This document shows, in pieces, positions 18,371 through 26,882 of a stretch of 64,000 bases of DNA. A program made the translations under genes and the position numbers. The notes below the pieces were generated by a model that saw nothing but the letters and a program-made list of their open reading frames with translations, did no database searches and was not told the origin of the DNA. Source of the stretch: a virus; the IMG/VR virus record IMGVR_UViG_3300020213_000023, positions 1-64,000 of that record. The stretch is one strand, 5' to 3'. The stretch's first letter is position 1. Each line of letters starts with the position of its first letter.

Positions 18371-19126
18371 TCACCCAAGCGAAGAACTCGACGCTACCAT
18401 CCCAGTAGGGCATGCCAATCGCGTTGTGTTCTCGCATGGCAACATCGACGGCTTTGGGGTCGCCACCTGTGTCGAGGGTGTGCTGGATGTGCTCTTCGTA
18501 GCTTTCAAGGAACGTCGACATCGATATTTTTCTTTCTTCCGGAATCGACGCTCCGCGTCGGCATTGATGAACCGTTTTGCCCAGATCCCGTACTGGTCCC
18601 AATCATAGGTGAACCAGCGCCAGTTTTGGGTTTCTCGAAGGTCCCGTTCTCCCTCGTGAAACACATCCGCCAGGACAGGGTCGTAGTGCTCCCACAGGAA
18701 CCATCCGTCCTTGACCCAAGGCATACGGCTTGCGAACCGCCCATACGGCGTATCCCCGTCTGGAGGGTTCATCCAGGAGGTGTAGACCCACCGGATGTGT
18801 TTACTCGGTAATGCGAAGGAGAACAAACCAAGGATAACGTCTTCGTATCCTCTGATCGTTTGATTCGTACACGAGTTGTACGCGTGCCAGCCCCGGTCCG
18901 TGATGCGCTTGTTGATGAAGTCTACAGAGAGGACGTTCTGTCCGTAGTACAGACAGTCGATTCGTCCCTCGAGGCGGAAATACGGACCTGTGAATGTCCA
19001 CGTTCGTTGGACTTCACCGATCACGCGAATTTGTCGATTCCCTTTGCTAGCTTCACTGCGCGTGATTGCACGCATGAGAAGTTTCCGAATGGAACCTCGG
19101 TCGGCGTGACCAACCCAATTTGCCAT
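18371..19126 (-). CDS. hypothetical Trp-rich protein carrying the WTFTGP motif
   Basis: GAGGA SD; 251 aa. Confidence 0.6.
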   Translation of the reverse strand: MANWVGHADRGSIRKLLMRAITRSEASKGNRQIRVIGEVQRTWTFTGPYFRLEGRIDCLYYGQNVLSVDFINKRITDRGWHAYNSCTNQTIRGYEDVILGLFSFALPSKHIRWVYTSWMNPPDGDTPYGRFASRMPWVKDGWFLWEHYDPVLADVFHEGERDLRETQNWRWFTYDWDQYGIWAKRFINADAERRFRKKEKYRCRRSLKATKSTSSTPSTQVATPKPSMLPCENTTRLACPTGMVASSSSLG

Positions 19127-19129
19127 CGA

Positions 19130-19957
19130 TCAGTCCTCGTAGGGCGGGACGTCCATCGGGAAGCCCGAGAAACTTCGCCGCGGTGGGTAAGGTGCCCCGG
19201 GCGGCCAATCGAACGGCCGTCCGTATTTGGAGACGAATGTTTCGTCTTCTTCGCCTACGTCTTGCGTGACGTCGGTCCAGGCGCAACTCAAACACTCGAA
19301 GAGGTCTCGAATTTTCCCTTCTTTGTTGTACAGACACAACGAGGCACCGCTCTCGCAGTGAGCCGCGCTGCAATCCTTGTTGAACGGGTGCGGGGGCCCT
19401 CCTTCGTCACTGCACAGATGTTTTTCGAGCAGCGCTTCATCGCAAGAGGGACAGAATCCTAACACCGCATCGAGGTTAATCCAGCACCTAGGCTCCTTGG
19501 CCCAAACAGAATCGACAGGGTGATCTTTCAGGAAATAGAAGATACTCTCTTCTGACTCGAACTGACTCTCGACCGAGTCGCAAATCCAGCCGTGGTCGAC
19601 GCGGTCGCGTGCCCATGTAAAGCGTGCATCTGCGTCGTTCAGCATCCAGTCGACCCGTGCTTTGTAGCGCTCGGGATTTTCGTGGGGGCAACAAGTTGCG
19701 CCGTGTAGATGCGCCTCAACGAACTCCCTCCAGTCGTCAAGCCAGCCGTCGTCTGACGCAATGTACTTGGCTTCGGTGTAATGGAGGGCGTCGATGTATC
19801 TCTCGTCGCAGAGAACGAGTTGTGCGTGTGCTGATTTTTTGACATGGAAGCCGAGAATCGTCGTGCCTGATGGTCTGGCGATTCCCTTGAAACCCCACAA
19901 CGCGTTTTGTTTGTCCTGGTAGACCGAACGTGCCCAGCAGCGTCGGTCGACTCTCAT
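19130..19957 (-). CDS. hypothetical Cys-rich protein (start uncertain)
   Basis: long ORF tiling with neighbours. Confidence 0.55.
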   Translation of the reverse strand: MRVDRRCWARSVYQDKQNALWGFKGIARPSGTTILGFHVKKSAHAQLVLCDERYIDALHYTEAKYIASDDGWLDDWREFVEAHLHGATCCPHENPERYKARVDWMLNDADARFTWARDRVDHGWICDSVESQFESEESIFYFLKDHPVDSVWAKEPRCWINLDAVLGFCPSCDEALLEKHLCSDEGGPPHPFNKDCSAAHCESGASLCLYNKEGKIRDLFECLSCAWTDVTQDVGEEDETFVSKYGRPFDWPPGAPYPPRRSFSGFPMDVPPYED

Positions 19958-20406
19958 TTCGTGGCGTCCTTGGTGTATTCTGCTGCCCAGAAGTCCCGCT
20001 TCTCCTGAAGGAACTTCTGTCGCGATTCCACCGGAATCTTCGCGTGCACCGACGAGATCAGGTGCACACGCGCGTCTGGGAACCTCATCTCCAGCTCCAT
20101 CTGACCTCCGCTACAGAGGGAACAGGTGGTCATGTTTTTCGCGTCGGGCCGTCTGTTGAATTTGTGTGCCCCGCAATCGATAATCAACAAGTCGGGAGGA
20201 AACGTGTTTTCATCGACTTTCTCGATCGAGACGCCTGTGGCACCGCAGGTTGGACAGACCCAGCCCGTGCCGCCTTCCCCCGCTTCGCACTGCATGTAGA
20301 CAGGGCACCGAGGGCAGTCGACCTGGCGCGCACGGAGTTCTTCGTGCGTTGCTTCGACGAATAGAGGGAGCCGCCAGGCGACTGGCGGCGGAATATAGTC
20401 AGACAT
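19954..20406 (-). CDS. Cys-rich Zn-finger protein
   Basis: CPRCP..., CPTC, CSLC; GAGG SD. Confidence 0.65.
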   Translation of the reverse strand: MSDYIPPPVAWRLPLFVEATHEELRARQVDCPRCPVYMQCEAGEGGTGWVCPTCGATGVSIEKVDENTFPPDLLIIDCGAHKFNRRPDAKNMTTCSLCSGGQMELEMRFPDARVHLISSVHAKIPVESRQKFLQEKRDFWAAEYTKDATK

Positions 20407-20414
20407 GGATGACC

Positions 20415-20954
20415 TCAGTAACGTTTAAGAGCGAATGCCTCGATAGGCACAGTGTATCGCCCTGATGGTTGATTTGCTTCGACGTCCACTTTGCCTTTTT
20501 GAATCCGCAAGGGGAAGACAGCAACGGACGTGATCCGTTTGGTGTAACAGACATCCGGCGTGAACAACGACTCGGCAATGCACTCGAGACGTATCGGGCA
20601 GCCGTTACATATTTTCAAGGGGTCTTGAATTAGCGCTTCCACCGGAATTAGCAATTCGTGCTTTTTCTCGATCGCGTTCCGCAGCATGATCCGCCTGGCA
20701 GCGAGAGCCATGCTCTCACGAATCGCGGACCGTACCTTCGAATCTTTGATGTGGTCTTCCTTGTACTCGGACGAGTCAAAGCTCCCGGAGACGTCTCTCA
20801 AACATTCGTAGGCGAAGATTACCCGGTAAATTACTTCGACGGGCAGCCCTAACGCCTTCGCAACCGCGTCCGGGGCGTTTTTCTCGGCCCCGTCCATTCG
20901 TTGTTCGCTAAGCGCTTGATTCAGCGTATCGGTTGGACTACGGTCAGCAGTCAT
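20415..20954 (-). CDS. hypothetical protein with a CxxCPxxxxC motif
   Basis: GGAGG-N6-ATG; ICNGCPIRLECI. Confidence 0.65.
   Translation of the reverse strand: MTADRSPTDTLNQALSEQRMDGAEKNAPDAVAKALGLPVEVIYRVIFAYECLRDVSGSFDSSEYKEDHIKDSKVRSAIRESMALAARRIMLRNAIEKKHELLIPVEALIQDPLKICNGCPIRLECIAESLFTPDVCYTKRITSVAVFPLRIQKGKVDVEANQPSGRYTVPIEAFALKRY
20916..20944 (+). promoter_or_regulatory. putative sigma70-like promoter for thyX, TTGATT-N17-TACGGT, inside the divergent gene
   Basis: 17-nt spacing about 30 nt upstream of the start codon. Confidence 0.4.
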
Positions 20955-20960
20955 TTCACA

Positions 20961-20970
20961 CCTCCGGAGG
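20961..20970. promoter_or_regulatory. palindromic CCTCCGGAGG giving a Shine-Dalgarno on both strands
   Basis: GGAGG-N5-GTG(20976) on + and GGAGG-N6-ATG(20954) on -. Confidence 0.7.
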
Positions 20971-20975
20971 ATTCA

Positions 20976-21848
20976 GTGAGCGCACCCCAAGCAACTATCA
21001 TCACAGGCGATCCGATCGTCAAGGTCATCGCATCGATGCAACTCGAGCACGAGGGCATCATGGAGATGGCCGAGTGGGTCAAGCAGTACCGACCCCACTG
21101 CGTACCCGAAGGCGGGTTCCAGGACATCATGGACCTCGTGCCGCACGACGGCCTGGACTACAACCCGTCCAACCCCGATGACCCGCGCGCGGTTACCGAC
21201 AACGAGCTGCTCTGCGAGTTCGCCGGCCGCAAGTGCTACGACAGCTTCGCCGACGCGGGGGCCAAGCGAACAAACGGCGAGTACCTCCGCTCGATGTGGG
21301 TAGGTCGTGTCCCTCACCGATCAACGGGCTACCACGCCAAGATGACGTTCTTCTTCGCGCACATCAGTCGCCGCGTTTCGCACGAACTGATCCGCAACTA
21401 CGTCGGCAGCGACCGTGACGAGGAGGGCTCGCCCAGCCAGGAGTCGACGCGCTTCACGCACCATCCCGGCACGTTCATCGCGCACCCGCACTACCTCGAC
21501 AACGTCGAGGAGTTGGCCCGCTTCCAGGCACGTGCGCAGCGGAACTACGAGGAGTACGTCGAGACCATCCAACGTAAGGTCGCCTGGTACGAGCATGCCA
21601 ACGGCAAGAAGCCCGTCGGCCTCGACAAGAAGCGCATTTACGAGTCTACCGCAGGTGATCTGCTCATGAGTTGCGGGACGTCGTTCATCTGGACGACGAA
21701 TCCGATGGCTCTGAACAAGTTCTTCCACGAACGAGATGATGAAGCGGCGGACATGGAGATGTGCTGCTTCGCCAGGGAAGTGAAGCGGGTGTCACTCGAG
21801 CGTTGGCCCAACCTCTTTCCCGATTTTGCAGCCGCTCGTCCTGTATGA
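20976..21848 (+). CDS. thyX: FAD-dependent thymidylate synthase ThyX-like (divergent motifs)
   Basis: EFAGRKCYDS...ISRRVSHELIR...SQESTRF...TSFIWTTN...FFHER...ADMEM...WPNLF. Confidence 0.8.
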   Translation: MSAPQATIITGDPIVKVIASMQLEHEGIMEMAEWVKQYRPHCVPEGGFQDIMDLVPHDGLDYNPSNPDDPRAVTDNELLCEFAGRKCYDSFADAGAKRTNGEYLRSMWVGRVPHRSTGYHAKMTFFFAHISRRVSHELIRNYVGSDRDEEGSPSQESTRFTHHPGTFIAHPHYLDNVEELARFQARAQRNYEEYVETIQRKVAWYEHANGKKPVGLDKKRIYESTAGDLLMSCGTSFIWTTNPMALNKFFHERDDEAADMEMCCFAREVKRVSLERWPNLFPDFAAARPV

Positions 21849-22152
21849 CGGCATCTACTGCCGCTTGAATCAGCTCTTCTTCTTCGTGGATCCAAACTAA
21901 GAGAAGCGCCACTTCAATATTGTACAGTTCGCTGAAGGCTATGTACCGATCAAAGTTCGCGATTCGAGGCCCGACAAACGTCCACACGGTGTGATAGGCG
22001 CGAAGGCATTTGTAGCACCAACCCCCTTCGCCCAGTGTCACATCGTGTGGGCACGTTCGACACCCATGACAAAATACCTGGTTTCCCCAGGGCTCGAGGT
22101 CCTCAGGATAGCCGCATCGACTGCAAGCAACGGAACGACGCACCCTGCGCAA
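21685..22152 (-). CDS. Cys-rich protein carrying the WTFVGP motif; 3' end overlaps thyX
   Basis: CSRC, CHGC, CYKC. Confidence 0.5.
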   Translation of the reverse strand: MRRVRRSVACSRCGYPEDLEPWGNQVFCHGCRTCPHDVTLGEGGWCYKCLRAYHTVWTFVGPRIANFDRYIAFSELYNIEVALLLVWIHEEEELIQAAVDAVIQDERLQNRERGWANARVTPASLPWRSSTSPCPPLHHLVRGRTCSEPSDSSSR

Positions 22153-22159
22153 GGTTACC

Positions 22160-23455
22160 TCAAATCATGAGATGGTCGGCATCCCACTTACGGGCCAGAT
22201 GCTTAATCAGGATTACGTCGAGGGTGCATTCCATCCGCTTTGCTTCAACGGCACCAGCGACGCGCAGGATCTCCTCTGCGGTGCGCTCCAGCAGCGCACG
22301 CGATAGAAGCAACGTCGGCCCGTCCTTGTCGGTTCGACACAGGGTGTCGTCGTTGAAATCGACGATGGCGTAGTCCAAGGTGATGATCTCGACGATTGCG
22401 GCACAGACCTCGGATTCGTTCGACGAGAGTTCTTGGTAGCCGTAGAGCTTCGTGACCTTGCCGCGGAGCTTCTCCTTCACGTCCGCGAGGGGAGGGCCGA
22501 CCTTCGCCAACAGCTGTTGCAGGGTGTTGTTGACCATCGCGGTCTTGGCACCCAACCCTTCTAGCTCGCGCGCCTCCGACATCGTCGTCACGGGGACTGT
22601 CTCCTCCCCGTGTTCCTGGCTGAACTGCTCCTTGAGAGACTTCAGCAGCTTGGCATCGATGTGGTAGTGGAGGCTCTTGGTCTCCGGCTTGTCTTCCTTG
22701 ACCATTTGGTAGATTCGTGGTCCGGTCTTCTCGGGGTCCGCACGCATCGCCGCATTCCAGAGTGCTCCTAGCTTGTACTTGAGGTTCCATTCGTCGATCA
22801 TCCGCCGGTCTCGGTCTAGCTCGACGTGCATGAGGTCGTAGCCGAATTCCAGTTCGTCGTTGCGCATCACGTAGATGCCTCGCGTGTAGACCAGACCTTG
22901 GTACGCCGGGTCCATGATGACCGTGCCCTCGGAGACCTTGACCAGGGTCTTTTCGTTTGGTGGAGCCAAGAACAGGAACATCTTCCTCGTGGCACCCCAC
23001 ACGTCCTTGTTGACGTTTTCGATTTCCACGGTGAAGTCGGGGCGATAGCCCTGGAGCTTCCGCGTGTTCATGATCAGCAGGTCATGTCCCGTAAACGGAC
23101 CATCCTCCGCCTTTGCGATTTCGGGGCGCCAAACCTCGTGACCGTTGTAGATGGTGACCGGGTGGCCTGCGCGAACCAACGCCAGGCAGCCCAAGGCGAA
23201 GCCCTCACCAAATTTTCCGCGTTGCTCCCCGCCGCCCTTCGAGGTCTTTCCTAGTAGTAGGAGGACACTCGCGTCGATGGTGATGCCTTTGGTGGTGATG
23301 ATGAGCTTGTCTGACCGTGGCATGTGGTCCACGGACATCGGGAGATCGTCGTACTCGTCTGCGTCCTTCGCGTTTTGAAGAAATTCGCGACAACCTTCAA
23401 AGAAGGACCAACTGCTGCAGTACGCGGGATCGATTGTGAGTGGAATTTTTGGCAT
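22160..23455 (-). CDS. GHKL (HATPase-fold) ATPase domain protein
   Basis: REFLQNAKD N-box; LLLGKTSK...GKFGEGF G-boxes. Confidence 0.8.
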   Translation of the reverse strand: MPKIPLTIDPAYCSSWSFFEGCREFLQNAKDADEYDDLPMSVDHMPRSDKLIITTKGITIDASVLLLLGKTSKGGGEQRGKFGEGFALGCLALVRAGHPVTIYNGHEVWRPEIAKAEDGPFTGHDLLIMNTRKLQGYRPDFTVEIENVNKDVWGATRKMFLFLAPPNEKTLVKVSEGTVIMDPAYQGLVYTRGIYVMRNDELEFGYDLMHVELDRDRRMIDEWNLKYKLGALWNAAMRADPEKTGPRIYQMVKEDKPETKSLHYHIDAKLLKSLKEQFSQEHGEETVPVTTMSEARELEGLGAKTAMVNNTLQQLLAKVGPPLADVKEKLRGKVTKLYGYQELSSNESEVCAAIVEIITLDYAIVDFNDDTLCRTDKDGPTLLLSRALLERTAEEILRVAGAVEAKRMECTLDVILIKHLARKWDADHLMI

Positions 23456-23495
23456 GTATTCTTTCTCGACTCTTGTACCAAGAATCGTTCTTCAA

Positions 23496-23527
23496 ATAGA
23501 AAAGGCGCCCTGGTTTCCCAGAGCGCC
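23496..23527 (-). terminator. Rho-independent terminator
   Basis: GGCGCTCTGG-GAAA-CCAGGGCGCC followed by TTTTCT. Confidence 0.8.
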
Positions 23528-23535
23528 GTTTTGAT

Positions 23536-23700
23536 CTAGTAGTCCCCCTCCCAATCGCGACAGTAACGCTTTCCGTTCTTTCTCTCTAGAACGGACGGTT
23601 TCACATCGCCGCTGAGGTAGCAACAGCCGTCGCTGTACTTGGGGTTACCTCGCGGTTGCGAGGTGCACTTGCAGTCCTTCTTCCTCTTGCTGTCCGACAC
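23536..23700 (-). CDS. 54-aa Cys-rich protein (MSDSKRKKDCKC...), below the ORF-track cutoff
   Basis: GGAGG-N5-GTG; ends just before the terminator. Confidence 0.6.
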   Translation of the reverse strand: MSDSKRKKDCKCTSQPRGNPKYSDGCCYLSGDVKPSVLERKNGKRYCRDWEGDY

Positions 23701-23742
23701 GATGACCTCCACTAGCCCTTCCGCAGGGCTGAATAGTGGTGG

Positions 23743-24447
23743 TCATTGGGGCGCCCCGTACTTCGCTAGGAACCGGTCCAGCTGGATGTGTACCTTTCCG
23801 CGCAGGTCATCGAGCGTTCCATCGTTGACGATCACCGCCTGGCAGTCACTGTCTGCGATGCCGTCCTGTTCGGTCTCGGACGCATGACCGACGATCCCTT
23901 TGGGGGTTCCGTCGATCGACGGCCGCTTGATCTTCCAGACTTCACCACCCTTTGCCCAAACGCCCTTGGCTTCGGAGAGGAAGCGGCAGTCAGAAATGGC
24001 GACGTAACGGACGCCCTTCTTGATCAAGTCTCCTGCGTGGTCGAGGGCATAGTCCACCCACACGTTCGGGTTTACGCGACGGAACCCCTCCGTGCCGATG
24101 TGCTGGAGAATGGTGCGAGGTGTCCACTTACTCTTGAACACGTTGACATCGCCGATGTCGCCACACAGTTTGCAGCGGGCGTTCTTGGCGCGGTCCAGTG
24201 TGACCGTCTCGCACTCGAGGGACTTGCAGGACGGGCAGCGCAGGCAGTCGAAGGGAGTTGCGGCTTCCTTGCCTTCGGCGTCGTAGAGGTCGTGTTCGTT
24301 GAGCCCGTACATCTCGCCAACGATTTGCTTGAGCTTGTACGCAAAGGCAGTCTTGAGGCCCGGCGAGGCCTCAAGAAGCATGTCTCCGACGGTGTCCTTG
24401 CCGGAACCTAGCTTGCCGAGGATTGCGATAACGGGGAGTCGTTCCAT
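23743..24447 (-). CDS. deoxynucleoside monophosphate kinase with Zn-ribbon insertion
   Basis: GKLGSGKDT P-loop, TPRTILQHIGTEGFR, ISDCRF, HASE. Confidence 0.88.
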   Translation of the reverse strand: MERLPVIAILGKLGSGKDTVGDMLLEASPGLKTAFAYKLKQIVGEMYGLNEHDLYDAEGKEAATPFDCLRCPSCKSLECETVTLDRAKNARCKLCGDIGDVNVFKSKWTPRTILQHIGTEGFRRVNPNVWVDYALDHAGDLIKKGVRYVAISDCRFLSEAKGVWAKGGEVWKIKRPSIDGTPKGIVGHASETEQDGIADSDCQAVIVNDGTLDDLRGKVHIQLDRFLAKYGAPQ

Positions 24448-24448
24448 T

Positions 24449-24850
24449 CTACCCTTCCTGGTATTTCAGGCGCTGCGGCCAGAACGGTTGTTGCGGCTTG
24501 TGGAACCCGCAATCTTCGTTGAAGAGGTCCACAAACTGGCGGACCAGCTCGAGATGCTCTTCGTTGATCTTCCAGTTTGGTGTCGTCTGACGGGCCCAGA
24601 AAGCGCGTAGCTTGTCTTCGGCTTTACCACTACCGTCGAGCACGATTGCTCGAATCTGAGGATTTGCCAGTAGATCTCGCACCACGTCACAGACGTCGTC
24701 GGCCTCGGTGAAAGAGAACGTCGCGGCAGCGCGCGTCTCCCACCGAGTCAACAGGTCGTTCCGGCGATGCCCTCCTTCAAGAGCACAGACGAGGATCTGC
24801 TTATCGACGTCTAGGGCGTGATACGAGATCCGGCTGACCGGCTGGAACAC
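24449..24850 (-). CDS. MtrA-like domain protein
   Basis: VVRDLLANPQIRAIVLDG and INEEHLELVRQFVDL resemble the MtrA NPNIRFL and FRxQV blocks. Confidence 0.5.
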   Translation of the reverse strand: MFQPVSRISYHALDVDKQILVCALEGGHRRNDLLTRWETRAAATFSFTEADDVCDVVRDLLANPQIRAIVLDGSGKAEDKLRAFWARQTTPNWKINEEHLELVRQFVDLFNEDCGFHKPQQPFWPQRLKYQEG

Positions 24851-24853
24851 CGA

Positions 24854-25159
24854 TCAGAACGCCTTGGCGAAGGCTGTGTTGACGCGCTTGAGGTTCCCGC
24901 TCAGCTGGGTGAGCTTGCGCGCCAGATCACGGGCGGCCTTGCCCTCAGGGTCACGGTTGTTGCCGAAGCTGTCCATCAGCTCCTGCGCCATCTTGTCAGC
25001 GCGCTTGGCGTTGGTCGCAGCGCGGGTCACGATCAGCTTCGCCGCAGTCACTCGCTTGGATACGTTCATTGCACGGGCCATTTCAGTTTCTCCTGTTTCC
25101 CTCTCCGTGAGGGTGTATGGACCCATCTTGTTGAACGCGTCGGTTGTGTCAAGCGGCAA
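24854..25159 (-). CDS. hypothetical basic helical protein
   Basis: tiles with neighbours. Confidence 0.55.
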   Translation of the reverse strand: MPLDTTDAFNKMGPYTLTERETGETEMARAMNVSKRVTAAKLIVTRAATNAKRADKMAQELMDSFGNNRDPEGKAARDLARKLTQLSGNLKRVNTAFAKAF

Positions 25160-25165
25160 AACGCT

Positions 25166-25519
25166 CTACTTGTTTTTGGCGAAGTACTCCCATGCGGTTT
25201 TTGCCACCGTATCGAACATTTCTTTGCCTCCCCGTTCCTCGGGGAAGTGCTGGCGTAGGTTCACTGTGGCGAGAGCAGCCGAGAAAATCCGTTGTTCCGG
25301 GGTAAACCCACGTTTGTTCCACTCCGTATTGAGGAACGCGACGATTTCCTCCGTGAAGCCAGCGGCCTCCGTGATGTCATCTGCGGCAGCTTTGGCTGCG
25401 ATTTCCGCTGCAACTTTATTGCGGTTTTCGTCAGACATCGTCTGACCTTCCACGCGGTTGGAGCGCTTCTCTAGGATTTTGTCCGTATCACCAGACTTGC
25501 CGAACAGCTCTTTGGTCAT
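25166..25519 (-). CDS. hypothetical protein
   Basis: GGAGG SD. Confidence 0.65.
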   Translation of the reverse strand: MTKELFGKSGDTDKILEKRSNRVEGQTMSDENRNKVAAEIAAKAAADDITEAAGFTEEIVAFLNTEWNKRGFTPEQRIFSAALATVNLRQHFPEERGGKEMFDTVAKTAWEYFAKNK

Positions 25520-25970
25520 GAATCCTCCCAGTGGTGAACGTACATACGGTTCTTACAGGTTTCGGAAGGGCATTCCGATTCGGTGCCGTTCCACATCAAG
25601 CGTTGACGTACTTCATGGACACGCCCACAGGAACAACAAACAACTTTCTCGCGTGAATTTGACCCTGGCGGGGGTGTTGCGCCTGACCATACAGGGTCGA
25701 CATGTGGCCGCCCTGTGCGCTTAGGTCTAGGTTCTTCGGGCAGGTCGTCCGGCGCGTGGCCTTTGCACGTGAACTGAGCGTGTTGGTTTGATTTATCGGG
25801 GAGCTTGGGCTCACCGTGTTTGATGGGGTTTTGAAACTCAACGAACACCGCGGAGGTAGTGCAACGCCCGCAATTGCGGGATTCACATTTACAGAGGCGG
25901 CGTACAGGAAAAGCGACCCCGACGTAGTGCCGGTTGGCGCCACACATGGGACACGTAATCATGAAGGCTC

Positions 25971-26192
25971 CTATTTGGAGCGGTACTTGGCGCAGTTTCC
26001 GACGATTTGAAGTTTGGTCACGATGACCGGTTTCGCCAGTACGCCGGGGGCCGCTCGTTTGACGCCAACCGGGAACGACTGTCCCGGTTGTTCTTTGTAC
26101 GGGTAGACCGATTGAACGGCGCAACGCCCGTGGCTGCTACGGACAGAGACACGGTCAAAGTTGACACAGCTGCCACAGGGTTTGTCGTTCAC
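25971..26192 (-). CDS. small Cys protein
   Basis: CGSCVNF...GRC; GAGG SD. Confidence 0.55.
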   Translation of the reverse strand: MNDKPCGSCVNFDRVSVRSSHGRCAVQSVYPYKEQPGQSFPVGVKRAAPGVLAKPVIVTKLQIVGNCAKYRSK

Positions 26193-26196
26193 TGAG

Positions 26197-26670
26197 TTAC
26201 CTCAAAAGCGTTGAAACGCCGTATTTTTGCAAAACGTCGCGACCGATTCGATTCAACACGCCTACTAGGGCGAGCATACCTTCATCGAAGGTTTGTTTTG
26301 CGAAGTAAAGAGTCGATTCTTTTGTTTTAAGAGTGGACGCGGGTTCGGTGGGTACATTCCACCGTCTCTCGTGCGAGGAGAATCCGATCCCCGCATCTTT
26401 GAAGAGCGTCGCGTGTTTTGGAGTGGTCACCAGATGCATGAAACAGTGAACGAGCAGCTTGATGGCGTCGCTTTCAGTAGTGATGTCTTTGCTGTCGATT
26501 CGTACACTACCCTTGGTAGAACGCAGGATGTAGTATTGCGTGATCCGTAGCTCGGCATCCAGGTCGATGTCGCTAGGGTTGACCTTCTGCTTTTCCGGCG
26601 GACGGACGACTTCTGGCTCTGGCCGAAGCGGTGCGACGATGCGCCATGGGTCGACGATGCCCTTCTTCAT
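26197..26670 (-). CDS. hypothetical protein
   Basis: ATGA overlap. Confidence 0.6.
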   Translation of the reverse strand: MKKGIVDPWRIVAPLRPEPEVVRPPEKQKVNPSDIDLDAELRITQYYILRSTKGSVRIDSKDITTESDAIKLLVHCFMHLVTTPKHATLFKDAGIGFSSHERRWNVPTEPASTLKTKESTLYFAKQTFDEGMLALVGVLNRIGRDVLQKYGVSTLLR

Positions 26671-26882
26671 GACGGCGTGATAATCTTGCCTTCGAGTTGT
26701 TTGTCGATGCAGGAAACGTGAACCAACTCGAAGTCTTCGCCCAACATGGCGCCCAGTTCCTTGGTCTCAGGGTTTCTGCCGATTTGCTGCACGATGAAAG
26801 CAGTGGCCACTCGGTCCCCCGGCTTGAACTGCGAATGACATTTCGCGCACATGGTGACAGCAACGCGTTGACGAAGACTCAT
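26667..26882 (-). CDS. small Zn-finger protein
   Basis: CAKC...HVSC; ATGA overlaps on both sides. Confidence 0.65.
   Translation of the reverse strand: MSLRQRVAVTMCAKCHSQFKPGDRVATAFIVQQIGRNPETKELGAMLGEDFELVHVSCIDKQLEGKIITPS

Noticed and set aside
20415-20954. WhiB-family regulator
   Set aside because: Only the CxxCPxxxxC part matches; the properly spaced first Cys and the GVWGG turn are absent.
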